A stretch of DNA of 64,000 bases, taken from assembly GCA_965224345.1 (NCBI GenBank), contig CBDCYU010000003.1, positions 905,748 to 969,747 of the forward strand. Reading direction: 5' to 3'. The notes beneath the pieces are model-generated. The model saw only the letters and a list, made by a program, of their open reading frames with translations. It was not told where the DNA came from and did no database searches. Each line of letters begins with the position of its first letter. Position 1 is the first letter of the stretch. Source of the stretch: Dehalococcoidia bacterium. Its GTDB lineage: Bacteria; Chloroflexota; Dehalococcoidia; Lucifugimonadales; CBDCYU01. The position numbers were made by a program, and so were the translations under genes. Positions 63,029-64,000 of this stretch are shown here, in pieces.

Positions 63029-64000
63029 ATGTTTCAAGCACGGGAACCGCAGGAGAGCCTGTGGCAGTCGGAGTTTCTGATCACGCCGAGGAAGGCGAAG
63101 CTGATGCGGAGGAGCTGGGCGGAGGTGTTCCGGAACGAGGCTCTGGTTCTGATAGAGGAGGAGCGGTTCGCTCCGCTGTACAGCCCGGACATGGGCAGGC
63201 CCAATCGCGCCGTGCAGACGGTGCTGGGAGTGCTGGTGCTCAAGGAGATGTTCGATCTGACGGACATGGAGGCGTTGGAAGAGTTGGAGTTCAATCTGCT
63301 GTGGCACCACGCGCTGCGGCTGGAGATGGAGGAGGCGCATCTTGCCCAGAAGACGCTGCACAACTTCCGTGTGCGGTTGATGGAGCACGACGGGGGGCGA
63401 TTGGCCTTCTGCGAGACAACGGACCGGATGATAGAGGCCCTGGGACTGCGAACAGGCAAGCAGCGCCTGGACTCGACGCACGTCATGAGCAATATCGCGG
63501 TGTTGACGCGGTTGGGTCTGTTCTGCGAGACGGTCCGAGTGTTCCTGTTAGCGGTGAGCCGTGAGCACCCTGGTCTGGGTGAAGGGATTGGGGATGGTCT
63601 GGCCCAGCGGTACCTCAAGGAGACCGGCGAAGCATCGGGGTACGAGGACGCACGTTCAGGTGAGGGGCGTCGCCGGCTGTCAGTGTGTGCGCGAGACGTG
63701 TACCGGCTGGTGGATAGGTTCCGTGGGACGGCGGTGGCAAAGATGGAGGAGTACGGGCTGTTGGAGAGGCTATTGGGGGAGCAGTGCCACGTGGGCCGTC
63801 ACAGGGACGGTCGTCCCGGAGCCGATGACGACGATGCGGCAGAGGGTAAGGTGCCGATCGCGCTGAAGGAGGCGAAGGAGGTGCGGTCGTACTCTATGCA
63901 GACGCCCCACGACCCGGAGGTGACCTACAGCGGACACAAGGGGAAGGGGTACGAGGTGCAGGTGTCTGAGACGTGCGAAGAGGGGAACGCCGTGCAGATG
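63029..64000 (+). CDS. DDE transposase, IS5/IS1182-superfamily with DUF772-type N-terminal domain (partial, runs off window end)
   Basis: Hand translation from ATG 63029 stays open to nt 64000. YSPDMGRPNRAVQTVLGVLVLKEMFDLTDMEALEELEFNLLWHHAL, KQRLDSTHVMSNIA, DPEVTYSGHKGKGYEVQV. Confidence 0.8.
   Translation, partial: MFQAREPQESLWQSEFLITPRKAKLMRRSWAEVFRNEALVLIEEERFAPLYSPDMGRPNRAVQTVLGVLVLKEMFDLTDMEALEELEFNLLWHHALRLEMEEAHLAQKTLHNFRVRLMEHDGGRLAFCETTDRMIEALGLRTGKQRLDSTHVMSNIAVLTRLGLFCETVRVFLLAVSREHPGLGEGIGDGLAQRYLKETGEASGYEDARSGEGRRRLSVCARDVYRLVDRFRGTAVAKMEEYGLLERLLGEQCHVGRHRDGRPGADDDDAAEGKVPIALKEAKEVRSYSMQTPHDPEVTYSGHKGKGYEVQVSETCEEGNAVQM

Noticed and set aside
62918-63618. Minus-strand ORFs 62918-63481 and 63034-63618, and plus-strand ORF 63022-63564
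   Set aside because: They overlap the transposase frame that I translated by hand from 63029, which has clear DUF772/DDE blocks. The listed ORFs are off-frame or antisense and low complexity.

Overview
High-GC (about 62-64% in the 60-nt lines I counted by hand), densely coding bacterial chromosomal segment. Every substrate-binding protein carries a lipobox. The gene content is many family-5 (Dpp/Opp-type) ABC importers, signal-less Cys-type sulfatases, DUF1800/DUF1501 pairs, NHL propellers and Gfo/Idh/MocA oxidoreductases. This resembles marine Chloroflexota (SAR202-like), but that is inference only. From 0 to 51.5 kb the window is transport and catabolism. It holds a YceI-like lipoprotein, aapJQMP, a znuACB-like metal importer with paired operator-like boxes, and three Dpp/Opp-type importer sets with four SBPs. 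It also holds a mirror-image duplication of a DUF1800-DUF1501-NHL triad around back-to-back promoters, and a minus-strand catabolic operon (uxuA-like, two epimerase-like genes, class III aminotransferase) split by an 812-bp IS5-family element. DUF885 and two sulfatases complete this part. From 51.5 to 64 kb the window is accessory. A 2.3-kb gene-poor decayed stretch comes first, then a co-directional candidate defence locus. That locus runs HTH (excisionase-type), a 1135-aa PLD-nuclease/SNF2-helicase fusion, vapBC, a 1134-aa Eco57I/PglX-like N6-adenine methyltransferase, then an AT-richer trio (4-TM protein plus two translationally coupled small ORFs), and ends at a partial DDE transposase at the window edge. 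The two best candidates for something undescribed are the PLD-SNF2 + large MTase + TM/small-ORF locus and the signal-less DUF1800-DUF1501-NHL triads. All family calls come from motif recognition by eye; no searches were run.
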